Below are positions 37,631-46,658 of a stretch of 64,000 bases of DNA, piece by piece. The notes below the pieces were generated by a model. The model made no database searches. It saw only the letters and a program-made list of their open reading frames with translations, and was not told the DNA's origin. Source of the stretch: a virus (Duplodnaviria; Caudoviricetes); IMG/VR virus record IMGVR_UViG_3300032227_000993. The stretch is one strand, 5' to 3'. Every line of letters starts with the position of its first letter. Positions within the stretch are counted from its first letter, which is position 1. The translations under genes were made by a program, and so were the position numbers.

Positions 37631-38305
37631 ATGCTGTTTATTGATAACAAATACACTCGTTGGTATTACGATATTGTAAATCGTGCCCAAACACGAGTGT
37701 TTTTAGATAGTTACAGCGAAGCCCATCATATTATTCCCCGCAGCTTAAACGGTAAGGATACCGAAGATAATTTAGTAAAACTTACTGCTCGTGAGCATTT
37801 TATTGCACATTGGCTATTAACTAAAATGGTAAGTTCTAAAAAACATCAATATCAAATGTGGAACGCATTTAGTTGTATGCTGTACCGCGAAAGGCCTGGA
37901 CAAGAACGTTACAAAGTTACCGGCAGAATATTTGAAAATATCAAAACGGCTGGATCTAAAATTAAAAGTATTAGAATGTCTGGTGCTGGAAATCCTATGT
38001 ATGGTCGTAAGGGAGAGTTATGCCCTGCGTTTGGCAGAAAGTGGACAGAAGAACATCGTAAAAATGCCAGTGCATCTCACAAGGGTATTATTAGAACTCA
38101 AGAATCGCGAGCTAAACAAAGTGCTTCGGTTAAAGGTAGGAAAAAAAGCGATTTACACAAAGAAAAAATAAGCGAGGCACTTACTGGAAAAAATAATCCT
38201 ATGTACGGCAAAAAATTAAGTGCTGAAACTATTGCTAAACGAACTACAACCATGAAAAAAAATAAACTTGCTAAGAAATTAGCAAAGGAGAATCAAAATT
38301 CCTAG
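37631..38305 (+). mobile_element. free-standing HNH homing endonuclease with NUMOD3 repeats
   Basis: EAHHIIPRS...NLVKLTAREHFIAH; four NUMOD3-like repeats and two NPMYG motifs; AT-richer than its flanks. Confidence 0.88.
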
Positions 38306-39653
38306 GCTCTCACTATATCGTCCTAACCGGACCTCAGACTATCAGTATTTAGACAGTATTATTAAAGAACAATATACCGTTGGCGGAGTCGACGTATATG
38401 TTCACAAGTATCTTGGTCCTGTGGTAGATAAATCAGGTACGCCCGGCAATGCCGATGCTACGCTACCGGTGTACAATCAAGAAAATCCTCTATTCATTGA
38501 AGATCTCTTATTGTTAGAAAATCGCGATAGAGCCTACGATCCTGACGTTTATCAGATGCGGATGGTTTATTCGCAACAGGACATTGACTTTGACTTAACA
38601 CAGTTTGGTCTATTCTTAAACAACGATACGCTATTTTTAACGACTCATTATAATTATATGATAGATTGTTTTGGTCGTAAATTAATGTCAGGCGATGTGT
38701 TAGAGTTACCCAACTTAAAAGATTACAATCCGCTGAATAGCAATATTCCTCGAGCCCTGCCTAAATATTATGTGATCCAAGATGCGGCTTTTGCTGCCGA
38801 GGGTTTTAGTCAAACTTGGTTGCCTCACTTGTGGCGTGTCAAAGCCACGCCCATGGTCAATGCTCAAGAGTACAAGCAAATTACCGATGCTCCATTTATG
38901 CCAGAAAATATCTGGGATCCTGGCAATCTTTATCCTCAAGGCGACATTGTCAACAACGGTGGCACTTACTATCAGGCCAAACAACCTGTTCCACCCGGCA
39001 CTCCTATTCTTGATCCCAATTACTGGACCTTGATCACTGAACCCAACAAGGTCTCAGATACTTCATCTACCAAGAACAAAGATCTTGCCATCAATGATGC
39101 CATTGTTGTGCAGGCCAATGTGGATGTTCCGTTGAGCGGATATGACAATGTAAAATTTTACATTTTGCCTACCAACATCGAAGGACAGCCTGCTGGAGTG
39201 GGATTAAATGTCAGCGATGGCAAAGTCACAGTGGATGGAACACAGGGCGGAGACGGCACGTCACCAACTGGATTTGGCTACACCTTGGGTTACCTGACTG
39301 GCACAGACATGGCTCCCAACGGCCTGCCGGTCACTCCTGGAGTTGCCTTTCCAAATAATCCTACAGTAGGAGATTATTCATTGCGTTTAGATTATTTCCC
39401 TAATCGTTTATTCCGTTACAACGGCATTGGTTGGATCAAAATTGAAGACAATGTTCGTACTCCGCTGGATTGGGGTTACCCTAATACCACACAGCGCAGT
39501 AGTTTTGTCAATAATCCCTACACAGTCAACACATCTGACCAGGGAGCTATTCCAAGCCGTCAGAGCCTGAGTGAGTTGCTCAAGCCTTTGGCTGACAACG
39601 GCAATGATGGCGGCAACAAAACACCTAATCCAAGACCACCGGGGGTATTGTAA
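38298..39653 (+). CDS. neck protein (T4 gp14-like), probable ATT start
   Basis: Open frame extends 41 codons upstream of the track start to ATT 38298 (IPRLSLYRPNRTSDYQYLD...VHKYLGP); SD AAGGAG at 38285..38290; DFDLTQFG, GDVLELP, PHLWRVK motifs. Confidence 0.8.
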   Translation: MPRLSLYRPNRTSDYQYLDSIIKEQYTVGGVDVYVHKYLGPVVDKSGTPGNADATLPVYNQENPLFIEDLLLLENRDRAYDPDVYQMRMVYSQQDIDFDLTQFGLFLNNDTLFLTTHYNYMIDCFGRKLMSGDVLELPNLKDYNPLNSNIPRALPKYYVIQDAAFAAEGFSQTWLPHLWRVKATPMVNAQEYKQITDAPFMPENIWDPGNLYPQGDIVNNGGTYYQAKQPVPPGTPILDPNYWTLITEPNKVSDTSSTKNKDLAINDAIVVQANVDVPLSGYDNVKFYILPTNIEGQPAGVGLNVSDGKVTVDGTQGGDGTSPTGFGYTLGYLTGTDMAPNGLPVTPGVAFPNNPTVGDYSLRLDYFPNRLFRYNGIGWIKIEDNVRTPLDWGYPNTTQRSSFVNNPYTVNTSDQGAIPSRQSLSELLKPLADNGNDGGNKTPNPRPPGVL

Positions 39654-41047
39654 TGCAACAATTTTTTTACGACAGTCAAATACGTCGTTACTTAATACAG
39701 TTTACTCGTATGTTTTCAGGATTCAGCGTTGAATACGGCCGTAACGAATCTGGACAAGGTGGCGACACGCTGTATCGTGTGCCGGTTAGATATGGTGATG
39801 CCAGCAGGCAAGCGCAAACTATCATACAAGAAAATAGTGCCAACAATATGCCAGCTACTCCAATGATGAGCTTTTACATAACAGGCCTGGACTTTGATCG
39901 CCCTCGCATGCAGAATCCCACATTTGTAAACACAATCAGTGTTAGACAACGTACCTATGACGAAACCACTGGCACTTACGAAACCACACAGGGCAATGCC
40001 TTTAACATTGATAGATATATGCCGGCTCCTTACAAGTTGAGTATTAACCTGGATATCTGGACCAGCAATACCAATCAAAAAATGCAGTTGTTAGAGCAAA
40101 TTTTGCCCATGTTTAATCCCAGCTTGGAAATCCAAAGCACAGATAACTTTTTAGACTGGACCAGTTTGAGCATGGTCGAATTGGTCAGCACCGGTTGGGA
40201 CAGTCGTACTATTCCCCTGGGCACAGAAGATCCAATCAGTATCAGTACACTTAAATTCACCTTGCCTATCTGGCTGAGCTTGCCAGCCAAAGTTAAAAAA
40301 TTGGGCGTGGTCGAAAAAATTATCGCCAGTATGTTTGATGGCAAGGGTGACATGATCAATGCCATTACCAACAGTGATTTGTTGCTGGGTACAAGACAAA
40401 AGATTACTCCCTATGGTTACCAAGTTGTTTTGATCGATAACAAATTGCAAATTTTAACACAATCAGCCGTGGTTGATGTGCCCAATTATGATTTGCCGGC
40501 GCCAGATCCTGTGGCCAGTAGCAATTTATTATGGACACCGGTGGTCAATATGTATGGTACCTTGCGCCCGGGTATCAGTATGGTGGCCTTGACACAGGAA
40601 GACGAGTCACAAGTGATTGGTACCGTGGCATTTGATCCCACTGATGATAGATTTTTATTGTTTACTGTTGATATCGATACCATACCACCCAACACCTTGG
40701 GTCCAGTCAGTGCTGTTATCAATCCCTTGGCCAGTGGTCCTGACGCTGGATTAGCGCCAGCGGCCGCAGGACAACGCTATTTGTTGACTGAATCCACAGG
40801 CAGCGAAGATGGCTATGCCGAAGCCTGGGCTGGTGTTGATGGCGAACCGTTGATAGCTGTGGCCAATGACATCATTGAATACGATGGTCAACGGTGGCTG
40901 GTTTCTTTTAGTGCTGCGTCAAGTCCTGTAAATACACAATATGTTACAAATATCACAACCGAAATACAGTACAGGTGGACCGGCACAATGTGGGTCAAAT
41001 CATACCAGGGTCTCTATCCAGGTGGCCAATGGGATCTAATCATCTAA
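39653..41047 (+). CDS. tail completion/terminator protein (T4 gp15-like) with C-terminal extension
   Basis: FFYD.QIRRY, VPVRYG, PAPYKLSINLDIW, LEQILPMFNP. Confidence 0.82.
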   Translation: MQQFFYDSQIRRYLIQFTRMFSGFSVEYGRNESGQGGDTLYRVPVRYGDASRQAQTIIQENSANNMPATPMMSFYITGLDFDRPRMQNPTFVNTISVRQRTYDETTGTYETTQGNAFNIDRYMPAPYKLSINLDIWTSNTNQKMQLLEQILPMFNPSLEIQSTDNFLDWTSLSMVELVSTGWDSRTIPLGTEDPISISTLKFTLPIWLSLPAKVKKLGVVEKIIASMFDGKGDMINAITNSDLLLGTRQKITPYGYQVVLIDNKLQILTQSAVVDVPNYDLPAPDPVASSNLLWTPVVNMYGTLRPGISMVALTQEDESQVIGTVAFDPTDDRFLLFTVDIDTIPPNTLGPVSAVINPLASGPDAGLAPAAAGQRYLLTESTGSEDGYAEAWAGVDGEPLIAVANDIIEYDGQRWLVSFSAASSPVNTQYVTNITTEIQYRWTGTMWVKSYQGLYPGGQWDLII

Positions 41048-41472
41048 CCACTTCGGTCAATGCTGTAGGTGTATGGTTTTACAGTCAGGCTACCAAACGC
41101 TATCTTTACCTCATGCGAGATGATTCCAAGCATCCTGACTCTTGGGGCCTGCCTGGCGGCAAAATGGAAGCAGGTGAATCACTGATGGCGGCCATGGTGC
41201 GCGAGTGTGAAGAAGAAATTGGTGCCATGCCCATGTACGTAAAACTGATTCCCTTGGAAAAGTTCACGTCAGCTGACAATAAATTTACGTATCACACTTT
41301 TTTCTGCGTGGTCAATAGTGAATTTATTCCTCGATTGAACAATGAGCACCTGGGCTATGCTTGGATCACACATGGTACCAATCCCAAACCCATGCATCCT
41401 GGCCTATGGAGTACTGTGAATTTTTCAGCTGTAAAAAACAAAGTTGAGATAATACAAGAGTCTCTGGGCTAA
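41029..41472 (+). CDS. NUDIX hydrolase
   Basis: Nudix box GGKMEAGESLMAAMVRECEEEIG; start re-set to ATG 41029. Confidence 0.9.
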   Translation: MGSNHLTTSVNAVGVWFYSQATKRYLYLMRDDSKHPDSWGLPGGKMEAGESLMAAMVRECEEEIGAMPMYVKLIPLEKFTSADNKFTYHTFFCVVNSEFIPRLNNEHLGYAWITHGTNPKPMHPGLWSTVNFSAVKNKVEIIQESLG

Positions 41473-42134
41473 CGAACGTCGCAGTAAGTGACAAAATCTC
41501 TGTAGGTAAAAACTCTGGTGTTGGGACAATCCAACCAGGATTCAAATAAATTTTCTTCGCGACCAATCAGGGTAAACACAGTTTCAGAGTAGGATCTGAT
41601 AATTTTGGCAACATCTTCAGCCCAGGACATGGTGTCTGGCGGTGTTTCTTTATTGTACCCCAGCATAAAAATTTCTTTGTGTCCGTCAAACGCAGCAAGA
41701 TACAAGGGTAGTGCTGTTGTGCACACGTGTGGTGATTGTGGAATCAAATAAAATTCGCCGGACATTTTGATACAGTTGCGTGTGGTGGTGTAAACAATAT
41801 TTTGTTCGGAGTAGCCAGATTCAACCAAGGGCGTTAGATTATCAAGGTTGGTGTCTACAGCAAAATCAAGACGCATTTCTTGGGCTATGGCCGCGGTGCC
41901 ATAGGTTTGCAATTTTAAACTGCTGAGTAAGCCGCCTTTGTGACGCTGGAGTCTTGGGTAATCAAATGTGTTTTTGTCTACACCGCTGCCAATGCAGGCA
42001 GCACGACCAGACAGGTGTTGATTGGTAATGGGATTATCAATCCACTCACGCTGTTCAACTTTTTTACCGTTGGTAAATTTTGTTTCAAGTATGACAAATT
42101 CGCCTGGGTAGTCTGATCTGTAGTGTGCTTGCAT
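41469..42134 (-). CDS. hypothetical protein (possible Rossmann-like/glycosyltransferase-related fold)
   Basis: AACIGSG, YLAAFDGHKEIFMLGY motifs; start re-set to ATG 42134. Confidence 0.55.
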   Translation of the reverse strand: MQAHYRSDYPGEFVILETKFTNGKKVEQREWIDNPITNQHLSGRAACIGSGVDKNTFDYPRLQRHKGGLLSSLKLQTYGTAAIAQEMRLDFAVDTNLDNLTPLVESGYSEQNIVYTTTRNCIKMSGEFYLIPQSPHVCTTALPLYLAAFDGHKEIFMLGYNKETPPDTMSWAEDVAKIIRSYSETVFTLIGREENLFESWLDCPNTRVFTYRDFVTYCDVR

Positions 42135-42136
42135 GA

Positions 42137-42493
42137 TTAGACTGTGATTTCTACCCAACTAGTTGTTGCTTCATCCCAACGATATGATTTACCGTCTGTT
42201 GGATATGGAGTAGGTGCTTCCCAAGTCCAGGTAGATTGATTTAATATCCAACTTGCGTAGGGTTGCGGAGCGTAAAATACGTCGTTCACTTGGTCGTATG
42301 TGTAACCAATTCCTGCGTAGTTTCCGCGTAGTGCTATACCGCCATCTGGTAATCCATCTGGTCCGTAATGTACATTACCACGGGTGTTGTAACTTGTTTG
42401 AATCCACTCACCCGGGGTGGTATCTACGAATTCAGCTTCAGCGGCAATAACCTCAGTTACCGTACTGTTTGCTACTTTTGCGTAATATGACAT
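42137..42493 (-). CDS. virion-associated small protein (YAGIGYTYD...WEAP motif)
   Basis: Trp/Pro-rich motif commonly found after Gly-rich tail proteins; SD and TAAATA upstream. Confidence 0.7.
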   Translation of the reverse strand: MSYYAKVANSTVTEVIAAEAEFVDTTPGEWIQTSYNTRGNVHYGPDGLPDGGIALRGNYAGIGYTYDQVNDVFYAPQPYASWILNQSTWTWEAPTPYPTDGKSYRWDEATTSWVEITV

Positions 42494-42528
42494 TGTTGTT
42501 TCCTTTGATCGTATTTTGTATTTACTAT

Positions 42529-43497
42529 TTAAGCGGTGTAAGTACCTGAATCAGTAAATTTGATAATTGTGTTTGCACCTGATTGAGTGATAGTTGGTGA
42601 TCCTGTTGTAATTCCAGAGTAATTTGCTGTTGGCACAGATAATATAACTACTCCTTTTCCACCTGACCACCCACTAGCTTTACCTGCGCCGTTACCAGTA
42701 TTAGGTGTGCCTGTATTTGCATTGGTTGATCCACCTGCAGCATAAATTACAGCATTTCCTGTAATACTGTTAGATCTTCCAGCGCCTCCAGCCGCACCAC
42801 TGCTGCCGGCGCCACCACCATTACCGGCACTTACACCGCCTTGACCAGCTGTGCCATATCCTATACCATTAGTAGTATTTCCTTGAGTTGTTCCGCCTCC
42901 CGAGCCAAAAGTAGTTCCATTCCACCCACTGCCGCCTCCTGAACCACCGGCGGCACCATTTAAGTTAGAATTTCCTGATCCTCGTCCACCGCCTTGTGCT
43001 GTATCTACTCCAAATGATGAATTGGTTCCGGATGATCCATCTCCAATAACCTGATATCCTGAACCAGCTCCGCCGCCGCCAACTGTAGCTGTATATTGTA
43101 CTCCTTTAGTCAATGTTACTGAAGCAATTTCAACCATTCCGCCTGCTCCGCCGCCACCAGCATTTTCACCATAACCAGATCCACCGCCGCCGGCAACTAC
43201 CAAGGCACTAATACTGTATGATGTAGCTGCAGATTTTATCGAAACCCAAGCACCGCCAATATAACCTTCCAACGCAGGAATGGAGGTATTGTATCGTAGT
43301 GCTCCATTTGTAGGACTAGCCGGGCGTTGTGCAGTGTTTCCGACTGGAACCGTAATAGCTCCTGTGCTGTTGCATGTAATATTTTGACTAGAGTCAATAG
43401 TCAGCGCGGCATTGCCATTAGTTTGTAGTTGTAATACTCCAGATGTATCTGAAGTTTCTATTAATCCTGATACGGATGCGTTTATTGTAGTTGTCAT
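42529..43497 (-). CDS. glycine-rich tail-fibre/adhesin protein
   Basis: VVAGGGG...AGGM Gly-rich domain; N-terminal adaptor; start re-set to 43497. Confidence 0.7.
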   Translation of the reverse strand: MTTTINASVSGLIETSDTSGVLQLQTNGNAALTIDSSQNITCNSTGAITVPVGNTAQRPASPTNGALRYNTSIPALEGYIGGAWVSIKSAATSYSISALVVAGGGGSGYGENAGGGGAGGMVEIASVTLTKGVQYTATVGGGGAGSGYQVIGDGSSGTNSSFGVDTAQGGGRGSGNSNLNGAAGGSGGGSGWNGTTFGSGGGTTQGNTTNGIGYGTAGQGGVSAGNGGGAGSSGAAGGAGRSNSITGNAVIYAAGGSTNANTGTPNTGNGAGKASGWSGGKGVVILSVPTANYSGITTGSPTITQSGANTIIKFTDSGTYTA

Positions 43498-43778
43498 GGT
43501 AATGTAATCCAAGTATTAGTAATATAAATTTCCATGTAGGAAAGTGTAGTGTTGTAGCGTAGCATCCCGCTAACTGGCGATGCTGGGCGTTGTGCTGTAT
43601 TACCAACTGGAATTGTAAATGATCCAGTAGAATTTGCTGTGATATTTTGTGCGGTATTTATAGTTAGCGCAGTTGTGCCGTTAGTTTGTAAGGCAAGATT
43701 ACCTGTAGCATCGGCGGTTTTGACGATGGCTGTTGGTAGTAATACTGTGCCTGGTTGTGCGTTGATTGTAGATGGCAT
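43494..43778 (-). CDS. tail-fibre adaptor-only protein (94 aa)
   Basis: Homologous to the N-terminus of 42529..43497 (LQTNG...PVGNTAQRP...RYN). Confidence 0.65.
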   Translation of the reverse strand: MPSTINAQPGTVLLPTAIVKTADATGNLALQTNGTTALTINTAQNITANSTGSFTIPVGNTAQRPASPVSGMLRYNTTLSYMEIYITNTWITLP

Positions 43779-45049
43779 TATGCTGTGTAACTCCCCGAAT
43801 CGTTAAATGTAATAATGGTATTTGCACCCGATGGAGTGACCGTTGGATTTCCTGTTACAGTTCCAGAGTAACTTGCTGTTGGTACAGAAATAACAACTAC
43901 TCCTTTTCCGCCTGCTCCACCATAGTAAATGTTTCCATCACCCGAAGCTCCGCCGCCACCGCCACCGCCACGATTTGTACCACCAGGGCCGCCATTTGAA
44001 CCTGTAGCGCCACCATTGCCACCGCCCCCTGAACCTCCACCAGCAGAAACACCTCCCTGTGGAGTATAAGCTGAGCCACCACCGCCTCCAGCATAAGTTA
44101 TGCCAGTAATGCTAGACACTGCACCGGCACCACCTGCACCAGCAGTACTTCCGCTGTAATTGCCGCCAGCACCTCCGGCACCACCACCACCACCGTTTGG
44201 ATATGGAGGCCCAGCAAGACCGCCGGCGCCGCCTTGGTTTCCTTGTCCTGCTGTTCCAGCAGCATTAGACGCAGAGAATGAACCCGCACCGCCTCCAGAA
44301 CCTCCAGAATTGCCGCCACCGTTGTTGCCGCCACCGCCGCCACCTACGGCTGTAGTTAATCCAGTGATGGAAGAAGGGTTTCCGTTTGAACCGTTATTGC
44401 CTGCTGTACCACTAGCACCGCCACCACCAACTGTTACTGTGTACTGTGTGCCACGAGTCAACGTGGTTGAACCCGTCACCATGCCACCAGCTCCACCACC
44501 AGCTCCACCTGCGTTAAATCCGCCAAGCGGTGTTCCACCTCCGCCACCACCAGCTACTATTAAATAACTTGCAGAATAAGTATTGGCAACAACTGTGCCA
44601 GTAGAATTAGAATTTGTTGTGTTACTACCAACAGCATTAGTAGCTGTGACACGGCAATTAATGGTTGATCCAATATCTCCCGCAACACAAGTGTAAGTGT
44701 TAGCGTTAGTACCTATGTTAGTAACACCGTTGCGTTGCCATTGATATGAATAGCCGGTTGGTGAGTTTGACCATGTGCCGGTTGATACTGTCAAGACTTG
44801 TGTATCTCTTGCTGTGCCAGTAACAGCTGGAGCAACAGAGTTAATTGGATAAAACCCTGTGGCTGCAGAAACTGTTGTGCCGTTAACCAATAATCCAGTG
44901 GTGCCATTGACTTGTGTACCAGGTTGTACTGTCAACACGTTGGCTGTGTATGTTATGCCAGGTGACAAATAAGTGGTTATTTGACTGAGTGGCAAATTTG
45001 TGGAATCTGGGAAAGTTATACCGGAAATTGATCCAACTGTGGTAGGCAT
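43778..45049 (-). CDS. tail-fibre/adhesin protein: Ig-like domain plus Gly-rich domain
   Basis: P.VTGT...VSTGTW...YSYQWQR Ig-like motif; Gly-rich C-half sharing its C-terminus with 42529. Confidence 0.7.
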   Translation of the reverse strand: MPTTVGSISGITFPDSTNLPLSQITTYLSPGITYTANVLTVQPGTQVNGTTGLLVNGTTVSAATGFYPINSVAPAVTGTARDTQVLTVSTGTWSNSPTGYSYQWQRNGVTNIGTNANTYTCVAGDIGSTINCRVTATNAVGSNTTNSNSTGTVVANTYSASYLIVAGGGGGGTPLGGFNAGGAGGGAGGMVTGSTTLTRGTQYTVTVGGGGASGTAGNNGSNGNPSSITGLTTAVGGGGGGNNGGGNSGGSGGGAGSFSASNAAGTAGQGNQGGAGGLAGPPYPNGGGGGAGGAGGNYSGSTAGAGGAGAVSSITGITYAGGGGGSAYTPQGGVSAGGGSGGGGNGGATGSNGGPGGTNRGGGGGGGASGDGNIYYGGAGGKGVVVISVPTASYSGTVTGNPTVTPSGANTIITFNDSGSYTA

Positions 45050-45052
45050 TTT

Positions 45053-45226
45053 TTATCCTTGAGCCGGTGGAAGTGGACTATTGCCAGCCGCTAACCACGC
45101 TTGATATTGTTGCCAGTCTGTGTTTGCTTCGTCGTTTGGGATAATAGCATTATCGGGCAACCGAATAATTATAGAATCGTTAATTGTACCGTCAATATTT
45201 TTTATTTGCTGATAGTTATATTCCAT
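45053..45226 (-). CDS. small tail-fibre assembly/chaperone-like protein (57 aa)
   Basis: Below the track cut-off. MEYNYQQIKNIDG...IPNDEANTDWQQYQAWLAAGNSPLPPAQG*; paralogue of 46446..46658. Confidence 0.7.
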   Translation of the reverse strand: MEYNYQQIKNIDGTINDSIIIRLPDNAIIPNDEANTDWQQYQAWLAAGNSPLPPAQG

Positions 45227-45229
45227 TTA

Positions 45230-46435
45230 TTATAACTCCGCTGATACAGTAAACATATAAGAAATTCCATAATATGCAACAGCATACATTCTTACATAAA
45301 CACGAGCTGATGTCGCATTTTGAGTATTGGTATTTACGTTTTGTGTTTGTTCCGACCCGGCTCCTAAGCCTGTTACTTTTCCAGAATTTCCAGCAACATC
45401 AAAAAGTACTAAAGTTGGGCTGGTTCTCATAACAACTGCCAATGGAAAAACACTACTTGCAATACTTCCGGTAGGAGCAACTCCCCAACTTTGTTGAATT
45501 GCATTTTCATTATTTACTGCTGTCCCAGGAACAATAGCATACTCGTATGATTTTTGATAATAACGCTGACACAATATCAACTCACGACCATAGTCACGGA
45601 AATCAAAACTTGTTGCTTGTGTGCCAACTTCAAATTGTACGCCGGTTATGTAAAATGTTGCGCCGTTTGTACCAACTACACTGACTGCGCCTGTAGTTGA
45701 GAAAAAGTTTCCAGCAACCCAGGCTCCTGCAGTCCCACTATAGGTTGAGCCAACACCTAATCCAAAGTAAACCCAAATACCGCCGGTGTTATCTGTAGCC
45801 CAAGTTCCTGTTGTATCTCCGGTAATTGTTATGGTTTCGTATTCCCAGGTGTTTGCGGAATTAATTGTATAGCTAAATGGGTAGGAACGATTTCCTGCTG
45901 CATTTCTTAATGAGCCGCCAAATGTTCCAGTTAACGAACTACGCACCCAAAAAGACAAAGTAATTGTTTTTGCACTGGCTGTGCCCCAAGCTAAATCAGC
46001 AACATTGTTACCTTCGATAACTTGATACATTGGATAAAAATCGCCGGCGGCTACTGTATAGGCAGATTGGGACGTCACTCCTAAGTATTTTGTAAATCCC
46101 GTTGGCGGTGTTACTGAACCAGCGTTTTGTTGAGCGATTAATTTTCCAGGTGTTGTTTGCTGAACAGCCCATCTATCAACGGTGTAACCGCTAATAGTAT
46201 TTGCAGTTGCGGTGCCGGCATAGCGTTGGTCAATCGTCATTCCGCCGTTAATAATACGATTCTCAAATCCAAATGTATTGACAGCACTAACTGAACCAAC
46301 AAAATTAGCATTTTGACTAGTGCTTATTGTTAATGCTGTGGTTGTGCCGTTGGTTTGGAATACCAAGTTACCTGTGGTATCCGATGTACTTACAAATCCG
46401 GTTGTTAGTGTGTTGCCTGCTGATATTGTGCTCAT
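45230..46435 (-). CDS. tail-fibre protein with carbohydrate-binding-like domain (paralogue A)
   Basis: NRIINGGMTIDQR...DRW...TLSFWVRSS...ITGVQFE...CQRYY. Confidence 0.72.
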   Translation of the reverse strand: MSTISAGNTLTTGFVSTSDTTGNLVFQTNGTTTALTISTSQNANFVGSVSAVNTFGFENRIINGGMTIDQRYAGTATANTISGYTVDRWAVQQTTPGKLIAQQNAGSVTPPTGFTKYLGVTSQSAYTVAAGDFYPMYQVIEGNNVADLAWGTASAKTITLSFWVRSSLTGTFGGSLRNAAGNRSYPFSYTINSANTWEYETITITGDTTGTWATDNTGGIWVYFGLGVGSTYSGTAGAWVAGNFFSTTGAVSVVGTNGATFYITGVQFEVGTQATSFDFRDYGRELILCQRYYQKSYEYAIVPGTAVNNENAIQQSWGVAPTGSIASSVFPLAVVMRTSPTLVLFDVAGNSGKVTGLGAGSEQTQNVNTNTQNATSARVYVRMYAVAYYGISYMFTVSAEL

Positions 46436-46445
46436 AATCTATTTC

Positions 46446-46658
46446 CTATGGCAAAGTAGCAACATAGGCTTTTGCTTCCTCTGGTGACATTAAAATTCCG
46501 TCAGCAGTTTCTAGTGTGGCCGTTTCATTGTTTATTTGTGATTTAAATAACTCATAATCTGTATTTGAAGGAACAAAAGGAATGGCTGCATTATCTTCAA
46601 TTCTTAAAACCGAAGTACAATCTATTTTTGGTAGCAATGGGGCAATTAATTTATACAT
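46446..46658 (-). CDS. small tail-fibre assembly/chaperone-like protein
   Basis: IP...NTDY motif; follows fibre paralogue B. Confidence 0.65.
   Translation of the reverse strand: MYKLIAPLLPKIDCTSVLRIEDNAAIPFVPSNTDYELFKSQINNETATLETADGILMSPEEAKAYVATLP

Noticed and set aside
37631-38305. Group I intron hosting the HNH gene
   Set aside because: The ORF starts 7 nt after the promoter motif and overlaps the next gene, leaving no non-coding room for a ribozyme core; a free-standing element is more parsimonious.
42529-45049. Collagen-like or toxin (RTX/PE-PGRS) identity for the Gly-rich ORFs
   Set aside because: No strict Gly-X-Y period or RTX nonapeptide; the pattern and context fit common phage Gly-rich tail adhesin domains.
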